This document shows positions 44,788-55,231 of a DNA stretch of 64,000 nt, piece by piece. Origin of the DNA: Minisyncoccales bacterium (GTDB lineage Bacteria > Patescibacteriota > Minisyncoccia > Minisyncoccales > JAGMDC01); NCBI GenBank assembly GCA_049642725.1, contig JBARPC010000027.1:1010-65009 (forward strand), in the 5' to 3' direction. The first letter of the stretch is position 1. Every line of letters starts with the position of its first letter. Both the position numbers and the translations under genes were made by a program. The notes beneath the pieces were generated by a model. The model saw nothing but the letters and a program-made list of their open reading frames with translations. It did not search any database and was not told where the DNA came from.

Positions 44788-45510
44788 TTAAAGCGTTACT
44801 ACTATCATTGCTGATTTTGTTTTTTCAATGTTTTTTTCATTTTCGTCCCAGTCATGGATAGCTTTTTCTAAAATTGCGTTAGAGTATGTTTTGTTCTTTC
44901 CGCTTCTATAAGTTCCGGGATCTTGAGTGATAAATCCATTTTGGTTATACCCTTTTATAACCAACATATGATAAACAGGTCCTGGCGGAGTATAATTAGG
45001 ATTTTCTAAAAGTCGTCCAGCAGTAGGAATAATTACAGGGTTGCCTTTAGATATTTCTTTTTTAATGTCTTCTAAAGAAATATCATAATACACTTGAGTT
45101 TTATATCCGTAATAATCTTTGATTAATTTGGCAGTTTGAGCAGTGGAGGTGTCTTCATGAAAACCATAATTCTTGATTTGAAAGTCCACTAAATCTAAAA
45201 GCTCCTTTTTTGTTTGATTTTCATCTACTTCTTTTATTTCTTCAAGATAGTAATGAACCATTAGAACAGCAGCTTCTTCGCAAGTATGGTTAAAAGGTTC
45301 TTCCTTCCAGTTTCTGAAAGGAGCTTGAGTAATAAAAGGAATATCTAATTCAAAAGATTCAGGGATAGGTTCTTTTATTTCGGCAGAGTTTTCTGGTTCG
45401 TGTGTTATTTTTCTTGGTAAATCATAGTAAATATAAACTGCTTCAAAAATTAGCCCTATTAAGCATAGGGCTAATGTTATTTCTAAAATTTTATTAATTT
45501 TTGATTTCAT
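44788..45510 (-). CDS. Peptidase_C39_2-like cysteine peptidase domain protein (membrane-anchored)
   Basis: FITQAPFRNWKEEPFNHTCEEAAVLM (Cys), PVYHMLVIKGY (His) and ITQDP (Asp). Confidence 0.65.
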   Translation of the reverse strand: MKSKINKILEITLALCLIGLIFEAVYIYYDLPRKITHEPENSAEIKEPIPESFELDIPFITQAPFRNWKEEPFNHTCEEAAVLMVHYYLEEIKEVDENQTKKELLDLVDFQIKNYGFHEDTSTAQTAKLIKDYYGYKTQVYYDISLEDIKKEISKGNPVIIPTAGRLLENPNYTPPGPVYHMLVIKGYNQNGFITQDPGTYRSGKNKTYSNAILEKAIHDWDENEKNIEKTKSAMIVVTL

Positions 45511-46592
45511 TTTACTGCCACTCCACTATAACCAAAAGCTTTCCAGTTTGTCAAGAAGTAATCAGTTGACCAGTACAATCTTCCAGATAAAGGATCGTTT
45601 ATTATAATTTTTGAGGGATTTTCTGAATCACCGATAAAACCAACCACTAATCTGACATGCGTTTGTTTAAAGGCCTTAATATATTTTCCTTCCGGAGTAT
45701 ACCAGGAACAATCTGTTAAAGGATAAACAGGCAGAGTTCCCTAAACCACTACTGGATTTCCAGTTTCAATTTCTTTTATTAAATTTTCCAGTGTCCAATT
45801 ACTAAAATCTTGGGCAGGACGCCAATAATTTGCTGCTTTAGCTACTGGTTCCCAAAAAACTCCGAAACCAGTGGAACAGATCTTTCCGTCAATTTTACCG
45901 ACATAGGTTTTATAAGGGTCTCCCCAGATATTACCTTTGCGAGGAGTTAAATCATATCCAATTTTTTCCATAATTTCGTCTTCTGAAACAAAAACTTTTT
46001 TATAACCCAAAGCCATTTTCAAAGAAGCAGCTTCGCAGGATAATGGATAATCCTGCCAGTCAATTGGAATATCAAGTAAAGCTATTTTAGGTTCTGGTTT
46101 GTCTTCCGAAGAATTCATTTCGGAATTGTTTGATTCATCAGGATTGCTTTTGTTTTCTTTTTCCAAATCTTCTTCTTTTGAGATTTTTTCAGTTGTAAAA
46201 GTAAAAAAGAAACTGTTAGAAAATCCTAAACCTAAAGGACTAATTATATTTTTTAATTCCACCCAATATTGAGCATCTGGTTGAAAATCAATAGCTGGAA
46301 CAAAAACTAAAGTTCTGTAAAAATGATTTTTAATCAGAGAATTTTCGTATTTCCATTCTCCAAAAGCTTCAGGCGTGATAATATGTTCAAGCTCTTGTCT
46401 CTTTACTGGTTTATCAAAATTTATAATAATTTCAGAATTAAGCGAGACATTTTCTGAATTTTCAGCAGGGATTATTTTTATTACTTTCGGAGGCAATATA
46501 AAGAAATAGCCAGCACTTAAACAAATACTGACGGTTAGAAGAACAATAAACAGCTTGATAATTTTGGAGTTCATGGTTTTTATCCAGCCCAA
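45507..46592 (-). pseudogene. Ig-like domain + Peptidase_C39_2-like protein interrupted by one in-frame TAG (45741..45743)
   Basis: The track ORF ends at TAG after ...ETGNPVVV. The same frame continues for 77 sense codons with no stop (GTLPVYPLTDCSWYTPEGKYIKAFKQTHVRLVVGF...NDPLSG...GVAVK) to a TGA at 45507..45509, which overlaps the next ATG (ATGA). Confidence 0.7.
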
Positions 46593-47695
46593 TAATTATT
46601 TACAAATAAAGTAGTGTATAGGGCAAGAAGCAGGATAGAGATTAATGTGTAAGCTTTTTCAAATTGGGGATGTTTTTCTGACCAGACAGCCATTAAGACA
46701 TAGAAAGGAAAAAGAACTAAAACATAACGGTTGATACTCATCAGGGTTCCGGTAGATAAAGGCACAGCTAAAGTTAATGCCATATAAAGCGCATAAGATT
46801 TATTTATTTTCTTCCAGACAAAAATAATACTTGCTAAGAATATTATTAAGATGAACAAATCTAAAACTGCATTGATTATAGCAGGATTAGTTATAAGCTC
46901 ATAATGATCTATGTTAAAAATAAAAATTTCCCTGCCCCAAAGTTTTTCAACCTTAAAAAATAAAAAGAAATCACCGAATTTTTTCCAGTGATAAGTAAAG
47001 AATACTATTGGACCTAAAAGAGCTAAGCTAAGCCATGTAATTTGAAAAGAAATTTTTCTCTCTTTTTTCAAAAATTCCCAAAGCATTGGAAAAAACAATA
47101 GAAATCCAGTTATTCGAGTAAAAGAAGCTAATAGTCCTATTAATCCAGCCATTTTCCATTTTTGTTTGAAAGTAAAATAAAAGCATAAAAGAGAAAGAAA
47201 TAAAAATAATGCCTCTGTATAAATAGCAGTAAAGAAAAAACTAGTAGGAAAAATTAGTAAGAACCAAATAGTTCTTTGAGCTATTTGAGGAGAATATTTT
47301 AATAAAAGTAATTTATAAAAAACTATTAAGGCTCCGAATAAAGCTAAATTACTAATTAAAAAAGCTGATAGATAGTAATTCATCATAGGCAGAGAGCCAA
47401 TAATTTTTATTAAAAAAGGATAAAAAGGAAAGAAGACACTGTTACAAAGAGTCCCTGAAGGACAACTGTAGCCATTTTCAGCAATATCAATATAGAACCA
47501 AGAATCCCATCGAGCATGTAAATCTAAAAAGGGATTTGAAGATTGAGGCCACCATTGGACACTTATCCAAGTATAAGCAGTATCTTTTTCAAGATTAAAA
47601 CGGTTTGCAGCTAAAACAGCAAAAACATTTATTACTATAAACCAAATTAAGAATAGTATTATAATTTTTTTATACTTCTGCCAAAAATTTTTCAT
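46580..47695 (-). CDS. Multi-pass membrane glycosyltransferase, PIG-V/GT76-like mannosyltransferase family
   Basis: HARWDSWFYIDIAENGY motif near the N-terminus plus about 9 TM helices. 13-nt overlap with the downstream gene. Confidence 0.6.
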   Translation of the reverse strand: MKNFWQKYKKIIILFLIWFIVINVFAVLAANRFNLEKDTAYTWISVQWWPQSSNPFLDLHARWDSWFYIDIAENGYSCPSGTLCNSVFFPFYPFLIKIIGSLPMMNYYLSAFLISNLALFGALIVFYKLLLLKYSPQIAQRTIWFLLIFPTSFFFTAIYTEALFLFLSLLCFYFTFKQKWKMAGLIGLLASFTRITGFLLFFPMLWEFLKKERKISFQITWLSLALLGPIVFFTYHWKKFGDFFLFFKVEKLWGREIFIFNIDHYELITNPAIINAVLDLFILIIFLASIIFVWKKINKSYALYMALTLAVPLSTGTLMSINRYVLVLFPFYVLMAVWSEKHPQFEKAYTLISILLLALYTTLFVNNYWAG

Positions 47696-47788
47696 TTGTT
47701 TATTATAACAGTTTTTAAAAGCAACAGAAAATTTATCCTTTTATCGAATAGTTGACATTATAAATTAAAAATTTTAAAATTAAAAAAT

Positions 47789-49921
47789 ATGAAATTTAAA
47801 ATATTATTATTTTTAATTTTATTGATAGGGATAGCTGTTTTTGGTTTTATTCTTTTTCAAGAAACAAAAGAAATCAGTCAAAGTAATGAGCATGAATTCA
47901 AAGAGGAGATATTTGATTCAACAAAAGAGGAAAAAGAAGAAATAGCTTCTCCTTTTGAACCAGCTAACTTAGATTGGGAAGAGATTATTCCTAATGCTCC
48001 TTGGTCAAAAAGAGATGCCCAGACAGGAGTTGTTTTCAAAGACAAAATATGGGTGATGGGCGGAATTTTGAGCGGGCCAGGAGATTATAGCCAAAGGGTT
48101 CATAAAAACGATGTTTGGGCTTCGGAAGACGGTGAGAATTGGGAACTAATTACAGATAAAGCTTCTTGGGGACCAAGGAGAGGCCATACCTCAGTGGTTT
48201 TTGATAATAAAATCTGGGTGATGGGAGGATGGGAAAAGAGCAGTGAATCTTATAAAAATGATGTTTGGTATTCAGAAGACGGAAAAAATTGGGTTGAAGC
48301 CACTTCTTCAGCAGAATGGGATTCAAGAATAGGTCATGCTGCAGTGGTTTTTAATAATAAGATCTGGGTGATGGGAGGAAGGGATTCGCGTTGGCAATTT
48401 AAAAATGATGTATGGTATTCAGAAGACGGAAAAAATTGGATTGAAGTTAATCGTCAATCTGCTTGGCCAGGAATATATGACCATACTCTGATTGTTTTTA
48501 AGGATAGAATATGGCTGATAGGAGGAGTGCTTTGCGGGGTCAATGGTTGGGAACCAGGAAAAAATGATGTCTGGTCTTCAACAAATGGCAAAGATTGGGA
48601 ATTAATTACCGATAAAGCTCCATGGAAAGGAAGGCATGGGCATGCAGTTGTTGTTTATAAAGACAAAATGTGGATTGTTGGCGGTTGGGATGGTATTTGC
48701 TGCGGTATAAACGATGTTTGGTATTCAGAGGATGGTTTAAATTGGGAAAAAACTCTTAACGATAGTCCTTGGGAAGGAAGAGAGGATCACAATGTTCTTG
48801 TTTTTAAGGACAAGATGTGGGTTATGGCAGGAATGATAACTGGCAGAACTCGAAAAAACGATGTTTGGTGTTCAGTTCAATCCACAACAACAGAAAAAAG
48901 GAACGAGAAAGAAAAAGAGATTGATAAAGAAAAAGAAATAATTTCAAATCCACAAGAAATAGTTTTGGAAACTCCTTTAAATAATTCATTTCTTTCTCCT
49001 AAATTGGTCAGCAGTTATCAAGTTTCCGGCCAGCCTGAGTTTGTCTTTGTTCTTAAAAATTATGCTTATTTGGCTGACGGCTTTTCTGGTCTTCATATTT
49101 TTGATGTTTTTCAGCCCGAGAACCCAGAATTAATAGGCGATTACAATACCCCTGGCTATAGCGAAGGGGTTTTTGTTTCAGGCAATTTTGCTTATGTGTC
49201 TGACAAAGACGGAGGTTTTTTAATCTTAGATATTTCTGAGCCGACGGAACCTAAATTAGTTAGTAGATATCAGCCCATTTCAGCCGAAGGTGTTTTTGTT
49301 AAAGACGATTATGCTTATTTGGCTTATGCCTGGTGGGGTTTGAAGATTTTTGATGTTTCAGATTGTTATTCTCCGGAGTTGGTTTGGAGTCAAAAATTAT
49401 CAGAAGAAACCGAAGCTGTTTTTGTTTCTGGTAATTATCTTTTTTTAGCCAAAGGCCAAAACGGAGGCCTTCAAATTTTCAATATTTCAAATCCCAAATC
49501 TCCCCAATTAGTTAGTACTTATAAAACGCCAGGTTATGCTGAAAGTATTTTTGTTAAAGATAATTATCTCTTTTTAGCTGGAGATACTGCTGGTTTTTAT
49601 ATTTTTAATATTTCCAATCCTATTCAGCCAATTCTGATTAGCAAGGTTAAAACGCCAGGTTCAGTTGAGAGCGTTTTTGTTTCCGGAGATTATGCTTTTT
49701 TAGCTTTAGGTAAATCTGGTTTAGGTATAGTTGATATTTCTGATCCCCAAAATCCAATACTTACTGATACCTTAAAGCTCTCTGGTTTTGCTGAGAGAAT
49801 TTTTGTTTCTGGAAATTATATCTATCTTGCTGTTAAAGATTTGAGCAAAGGGAATTTAGCTTTCCAAAACATTTCAGTGGAGAATGCTGGCTTTCTTGAG
49901 ATTGTTAAAATCAACAAATAA
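47789..49921 (+). CDS. Surface protein with an N-terminal Kelch-type beta-propeller and C-terminal LVIVD repeats
   Basis: Six repeats of ...KNDVWYSEDGKNW...W..R.GH..VVF.NKIWVMGG, then about 7 repeats of GxAxxVFVSGNYAYLA...GLxIFDIS-P..P.L. Confidence 0.7.
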   Translation: MKFKILLFLILLIGIAVFGFILFQETKEISQSNEHEFKEEIFDSTKEEKEEIASPFEPANLDWEEIIPNAPWSKRDAQTGVVFKDKIWVMGGILSGPGDYSQRVHKNDVWASEDGENWELITDKASWGPRRGHTSVVFDNKIWVMGGWEKSSESYKNDVWYSEDGKNWVEATSSAEWDSRIGHAAVVFNNKIWVMGGRDSRWQFKNDVWYSEDGKNWIEVNRQSAWPGIYDHTLIVFKDRIWLIGGVLCGVNGWEPGKNDVWSSTNGKDWELITDKAPWKGRHGHAVVVYKDKMWIVGGWDGICCGINDVWYSEDGLNWEKTLNDSPWEGREDHNVLVFKDKMWVMAGMITGRTRKNDVWCSVQSTTTEKRNEKEKEIDKEKEIISNPQEIVLETPLNNSFLSPKLVSSYQVSGQPEFVFVLKNYAYLADGFSGLHIFDVFQPENPELIGDYNTPGYSEGVFVSGNFAYVSDKDGGFLILDISEPTEPKLVSRYQPISAEGVFVKDDYAYLAYAWWGLKIFDVSDCYSPELVWSQKLSEETEAVFVSGNYLFLAKGQNGGLQIFNISNPKSPQLVSTYKTPGYAESIFVKDNYLFLAGDTAGFYIFNISNPIQPILISKVKTPGSVESVFVSGDYAFLALGKSGLGIVDISDPQNPILTDTLKLSGFAERIFVSGNYIYLAVKDLSKGNLAFQNISVENAGFLEIVKINK

Positions 49922-49950
49922 ATGAAGCGAGAACTGTTCTCGCTTCATTT
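49921..49950. terminator. Hairpin between convergent genes (14-bp arms)
   Basis: AATGAAGCGAGAAC-tg-GTTCTCGCTTCATT. Confidence 0.6.
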
Positions 49951-49953
49951 ATT

Positions 49954-51327
49954 CTATTCAAGATAATTTTCTTCAAACCACCAGGTAAGGATTTTTTGGA
50001 CATCATCCTTAAGATTCTCGGATTTCAAAAGAATGATTATAATATTATGGGAAGTGTTGTCTGGCAAGGGTAATTCAAATATAAACATACCAGTATATCT
50101 AGATTCTAAAATAAAGCCAGTTTTGCCGCCTAAAAAATCCTGGCTTTCTGGAAAAATATTTTTATTATGCAGATCCTGGAAACGAACCGAAGCAAAGGTC
50201 TCAATGATTTCCCCTTTGCTTATTTTAAAAAGAGGAGGCCTGGTATTAAAAATATAATTGCCCAAATAAAAAAGGTCTTTAGCAGTGGAAACATTTTTTT
50301 CGCTTAAGCCGCTCGGGTCGTCGTAAAAAGTATTTTCCATGCCAATTATTTTTGTCTTTTCATTCATTAATCTTAATGTTTTTTCTCTTCCTCGAAAATA
50401 AGTTAAGATTTCAGCCGCGTCATTAGACGACTGAATTAAAAGAGGATGGAGCAACTCAACCAAATTATATTTTTGACCAGCTTCTAATCCTGGCGTAGAA
50501 CCATATGCCTTTAACATTCCTTCATTAACCCAGATTGATTTTCTTAAATCATTATTTTCAATAACAACTAGAGCAGTCATTAGTTTGGTCAAGGAGGCGA
50601 TGGGCATTATTTTTTCAGGATTTTTCTCAGCCAAAATATAATAATTATCAAGGTCAGCGATTAAATAAGATTCAGCTGATATTTCAGGCATTGTTTTATT
50701 ATTCCAAGAATTATATTTATAGCCATCATTTTCTTTATCAATTATCAAAACAGGCATTTCTATCTCTGTAGTGTTGTAAATGTATTCGGCATCTTCATCA
50801 GAAAATCTTATACAACCGCCAGTATAATCAAAATTACTTTTCTTACCATTAGGATAATATGGCTCTCCATGAATATAATACTTACCGTAAAAATTGATGC
50901 TCCAGGGCATATAAACCTGAGCAATATTGGAAAAGGCATTTTTATAACCAGAAATTACTTTGTAGAGACCAGAGGGGACGCCTCCCCAGAATAGAGGATC
51001 TCCTTTAGCTAAAATAGAAATTTCTTTTTCTAAAATGCCTTGTTTATAAATTCTGGCTTTCATTTCTTGGAGATGGACTTCTAAAAAATCTATCTTTTGA
51101 GAAATGAATCCTTGCTTTGTTTCAAGACCAAAATTCTTTAACTGTCTTAATTTTAGTTTTTTTTCTTGCCCTTCAATAGTATCAATAATAGAAGCAGTTT
51201 GAGCATTTTTATTTTCTATAAAACTTTTATTGCCAGGAATTGTTAAAATTAAAAAAATAAAAAGCCCGATTAACAGGGTTAAAAAAATCATAAACAGGCA
51301 ATTTTTCTTTGCTTTAGAACTAATCAT
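49954..51327 (-). CDS. Fusion of an L,D-transpeptidase (YkuD) domain and a D-alanyl-D-alanine carboxypeptidase (S11) domain
   Basis: YkuD motif HGEPYY...YTGGCIRFSDEDAEYIY. S11 motifs ASLTKLMT (SxxK), SSNDAAE (SxN) and KTG (GGKTGF). Confidence 0.75.
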   Translation of the reverse strand: MISSKAKKNCLFMIFLTLLIGLFIFLILTIPGNKSFIENKNAQTASIIDTIEGQEKKLKLRQLKNFGLETKQGFISQKIDFLEVHLQEMKARIYKQGILEKEISILAKGDPLFWGGVPSGLYKVISGYKNAFSNIAQVYMPWSINFYGKYYIHGEPYYPNGKKSNFDYTGGCIRFSDEDAEYIYNTTEIEMPVLIIDKENDGYKYNSWNNKTMPEISAESYLIADLDNYYILAEKNPEKIMPIASLTKLMTALVVIENNDLRKSIWVNEGMLKAYGSTPGLEAGQKYNLVELLHPLLIQSSNDAAEILTYFRGREKTLRLMNEKTKIIGMENTFYDDPSGLSEKNVSTAKDLFYLGNYIFNTRPPLFKISKGEIIETFASVRFQDLHNKNIFPESQDFLGGKTGFILESRYTGMFIFELPLPDNTSHNIIIILLKSENLKDDVQKILTWWFEENYLE

Positions 51328-51331
51328 TAGT

Positions 51332-51790
51332 TTATCCAGCTATTTCTATTGAATCTATGTAATATTTATCTAATGTTAAAATTTTAGTTATAATTATTAT
51401 TTCAATTATTTCATAGTTCTCGTTTTCTTCTTGGATTTTTACAGAAGACCTGTAGCTTTTGTCGCTTATTTTTTCAGTTTTTAATATTTCAAAACTTTTG
51501 AAATTATTTATAAGCAGGAATTTTCCCTGATTTTTCTGTTCAATTGCATTTTCTGTAAGATAAACCTTTGCTTGATTTTCATTTTTTTCAATTCTATACT
51601 GCATAAATTTTTCCACTATATCTTCTGCTGCGCCTTGCTCCATTGTTTCTTTAAGAGAAGGAATTTCTTTTTCTGATATCTTATGATACTGCCAGCTTAG
51701 AATTGCAATGCCTAAAAAAGCTACTAAAAAAGCGAAAATTAAAACAAACAAATAGGAATTTTTTATTCTTTCTAATTTATTGCCTTCCAT
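51332..51790 (-). CDS. Membrane-anchored hypothetical protein
   Basis: One N-terminal TM helix and no recognisable motif. 4-nt gap to the downstream transpeptidase gene. Confidence 0.55.
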   Translation of the reverse strand: MEGNKLERIKNSYLFVLIFAFLVAFLGIAILSWQYHKISEKEIPSLKETMEQGAAEDIVEKFMQYRIEKNENQAKVYLTENAIEQKNQGKFLLINNFKSFEILKTEKISDKSYRSSVKIQEENENYEIIEIIIITKILTLDKYYIDSIEIAG

Positions 51791-51829
51791 ATTATATTAG
51801 AATATCACAATAATTATTTTCTGACAATG

Positions 51830-51857
51830 TTGACAAAAATTTTGTTTTGTTTAAGAT
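51830..51857 (+). promoter_or_regulatory. Sigma70-like promoter upstream of groES
   Basis: TTGACA, 16 nt, TAAGAT. No CIRCE inverted repeat was seen. Confidence 0.4.
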
Positions 51858-51872
51858 AGAGAAGTAATCAAA

Positions 51873-51900
51873 AATTTTCAATTTTCAATTTTCAATTTTC
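51873..51900 (+). repeat. Tandem heptamer array (AATTTTC)x4 in the groES 5' region
   Basis: Read directly. Same heptamer family as the tsaD array at 10421..10448. Confidence 0.9.
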
Positions 51901-51953
51901 AATGAAATCCCAACTTTCAATGGAAATTAGAAATTGGTTGAAATTACATTACT

Positions 51954-52247
51954 ATGGAAATCAAACCATTAACAGATCATATTCTTATTGAGCCAATGAA
52001 AAAGGAAGAAAAGACCAAGGCAGGTATTTTGCTTCCAGAAACAGCAGATAAAGAGAGTCCTGAGCAAGGCAAGGTTATTGCCGTTGGTCCTGGCAAGAAA
52101 AATAGTTCTGGCAATATAGTTGCCATAACAGCTATTAAGCCGGGAGATAGGGTTTTGTTTACAAAATACGGTCCAAATGAGATAAAAATAGATGACAAAG
52201 AATATTTAATCGCCAAAGAAGAAGATATATTAGCTATTCTAGAATAA
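51954..52247 (+). CDS. groES: Co-chaperonin GroES
   Basis: IKPLTDHILIEP...AGILLPE...GKVIAVGPG.... Confidence 0.95.
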   Translation: MEIKPLTDHILIEPMKKEEKTKAGILLPETADKESPEQGKVIAVGPGKKNSSGNIVAITAIKPGDRVLFTKYGPNEIKIDDKEYLIAKEEDILAILE

Positions 52248-52259
52248 ATTTATAGCTTA

Positions 52260-52412
52260 GAAAACCAAATTTTTCAAATTCTTACGGTTTGCTCGGATTT
52301 CCTTCTTTCCTCGCGCTTTACCCTAAAGGGCTCCGACGCGTCTCGGAAAGCAGAAAATCCTCGCCACCTTATTTTTAATTCCTGCGCGTCAGAATTTAAA
52401 AAATTGGTTTTT
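52260..52412. repeat. GC-rich core closed by ~22-bp AT-rich inverted arms, filling the groES-groEL spacer
   Basis: GAAAACCAAATTTTTCAAATTCT ... AGAATTTAAAAAATTGGTTTTT with an imperfect internal palindrome. The arms are similar to those of the element at 6210..6285. Confidence 0.7.
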
Positions 52413-52415
52413 TAG

Positions 52416-54068
<1,653 letters not shown>

Positions 54069-54091
54069 GAAAATTTCTAATTTCTAAACAG

Positions 54092-54121
54092 CCCCGTGCC
54101 GAGAAATCGGCAGGGGGTTTT
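54092..54121 (+). terminator. Rho-independent terminator after groEL
   Basis: CCCCGTGCCGA-gaaa-TCGGCAGGGGG followed by TTTT. Confidence 0.7.
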
Positions 54122-54226
54122 GCTATTGACTAATTTTTAAAATTATACTAATCTCAAAATACATCAAATGACGCTCTTTAGTAATTTTTTTTTGGAAAAG
54201 AAGAAAAAATTAGGAGGTGAATGAAC

Positions 54227-54532
54227 GTGCCAAATGTAGAAATTCACGGGATGTCTGATCGGATAGCAGCTCGGCTAGAATCAAAGATTTTTAAATTATT
54301 TGGAGACAAGCCTTATATTGAAGAAATGGTCGTAACTATTTACCGAACCATTGTAAGAGATTTTAAAGGAAACAGTCAGCCATTTATTAGGCTTGTCAAT
54401 TCTTGCCAAGAGCACTCGGAAGAGATTGTTGAGAATCTAAAGACTTTAGGGATAGATGTTGAACATCTTAAACTTGAGTCTTTTATTCCGAAAGAGAAAA
54501 AAAATAGTAGATCGTGCGAATTTTTTCAATAA
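54227..54532 (+). CDS. Small hypothetical protein, possibly tautomerase-superfamily-like (Met-Pro N-terminus if the GTG start is used)
   Basis: The SD AGGAGG lies about 9 nt upstream of the GTG at 54227 but only 4 nt from the ATG at 54221. From the GTG the protein starts MPNVEIHG..., a beta-alpha-beta-like pattern. Weak inference. Confidence 0.35.
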   Translation: MPNVEIHGMSDRIAARLESKIFKLFGDKPYIEEMVVTIYRTIVRDFKGNSQPFIRLVNSCQEHSEEIVENLKTLGIDVEHLKLESFIPKEKKNSRSCEFFQ

Positions 54533-54662
54533 AGCTCTGTGAATTTATCTTAAAAAGATAACCTCGCAGGGCGATTTTTTTTGACAAAAGGGTTAAATTT
54601 TAATATAATCAAGATAATAAAGGTCGGATTTACTAAAGCAAAATGATATTCGCATTATATTT

Positions 54663-55220
54663 ATGACAAGTTTTCAAATAATTATTTTATTAGTTGCGGT
54701 TGCAATTATTCTTTGGCTGATTATCACTTATAATGGTTTGATTAAACTGAGAACCCGGTCAAAAGAGGCCTGGTCAGACATTGATGTTCAGTTGAAAAGA
54801 AGATATAATTTAATTCCTAATTTAGTGGAAACAGTTAAAGGATATGCAACGCATGAAAGGGAACTTTTTCAAAAGGTTACAGAAGCCAGGACTCAAGCAA
54901 TGGGAGCTACTGGCATAAAAGAAAAAGGCCAGGCGGAAAATATGCTGAGCGATACCCTAAAATCTCTTTTTGCCGTTGCTGAAAACTATCCGCAGTTGCG
55001 CGCTTCAGAGAATTTTGTTGAATTACAAAGAGAATTGCGCGATACTGAAGATAAAATTCAGGCGTCCAGAAGATTTTACAACACTAATGTCCGCGACTTG
55101 AATATTAAAATTCAAAGTTTTCCTGTTAATCTGATTGCTGGAGTGCTTGGTTTTATCAAAATGGATTTTTTTGAAATAGAGGAAGCTGCAGCCCGCGAAC
55201 CAGTAAAAGTGAATTTTTAA
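54663..55220 (+). CDS. lemA: LemA family protein
   Basis: N-terminal TM helix plus the YNGLIKLRTRSKEAWSDIDVQLKRRYNLIPNLVETVKGYATHE signature. Confidence 0.9.
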   Translation: MTSFQIIILLVAVAIILWLIITYNGLIKLRTRSKEAWSDIDVQLKRRYNLIPNLVETVKGYATHERELFQKVTEARTQAMGATGIKEKGQAENMLSDTLKSLFAVAENYPQLRASENFVELQRELRDTEDKIQASRRFYNTNVRDLNIKIQSFPVNLIAGVLGFIKMDFFEIEEAAAREPVKVNF

Positions 55221-55231
55221 TTTCTCTGGTT

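Noticed and set aside
51791-51953. Search for a CIRCE (TTAGCACTC-N9-GAGTGCTAA) operator upstream of groES.
   Set aside because: No match or near-match is present. Only a sigma70-like promoter and the heptamer array were found.
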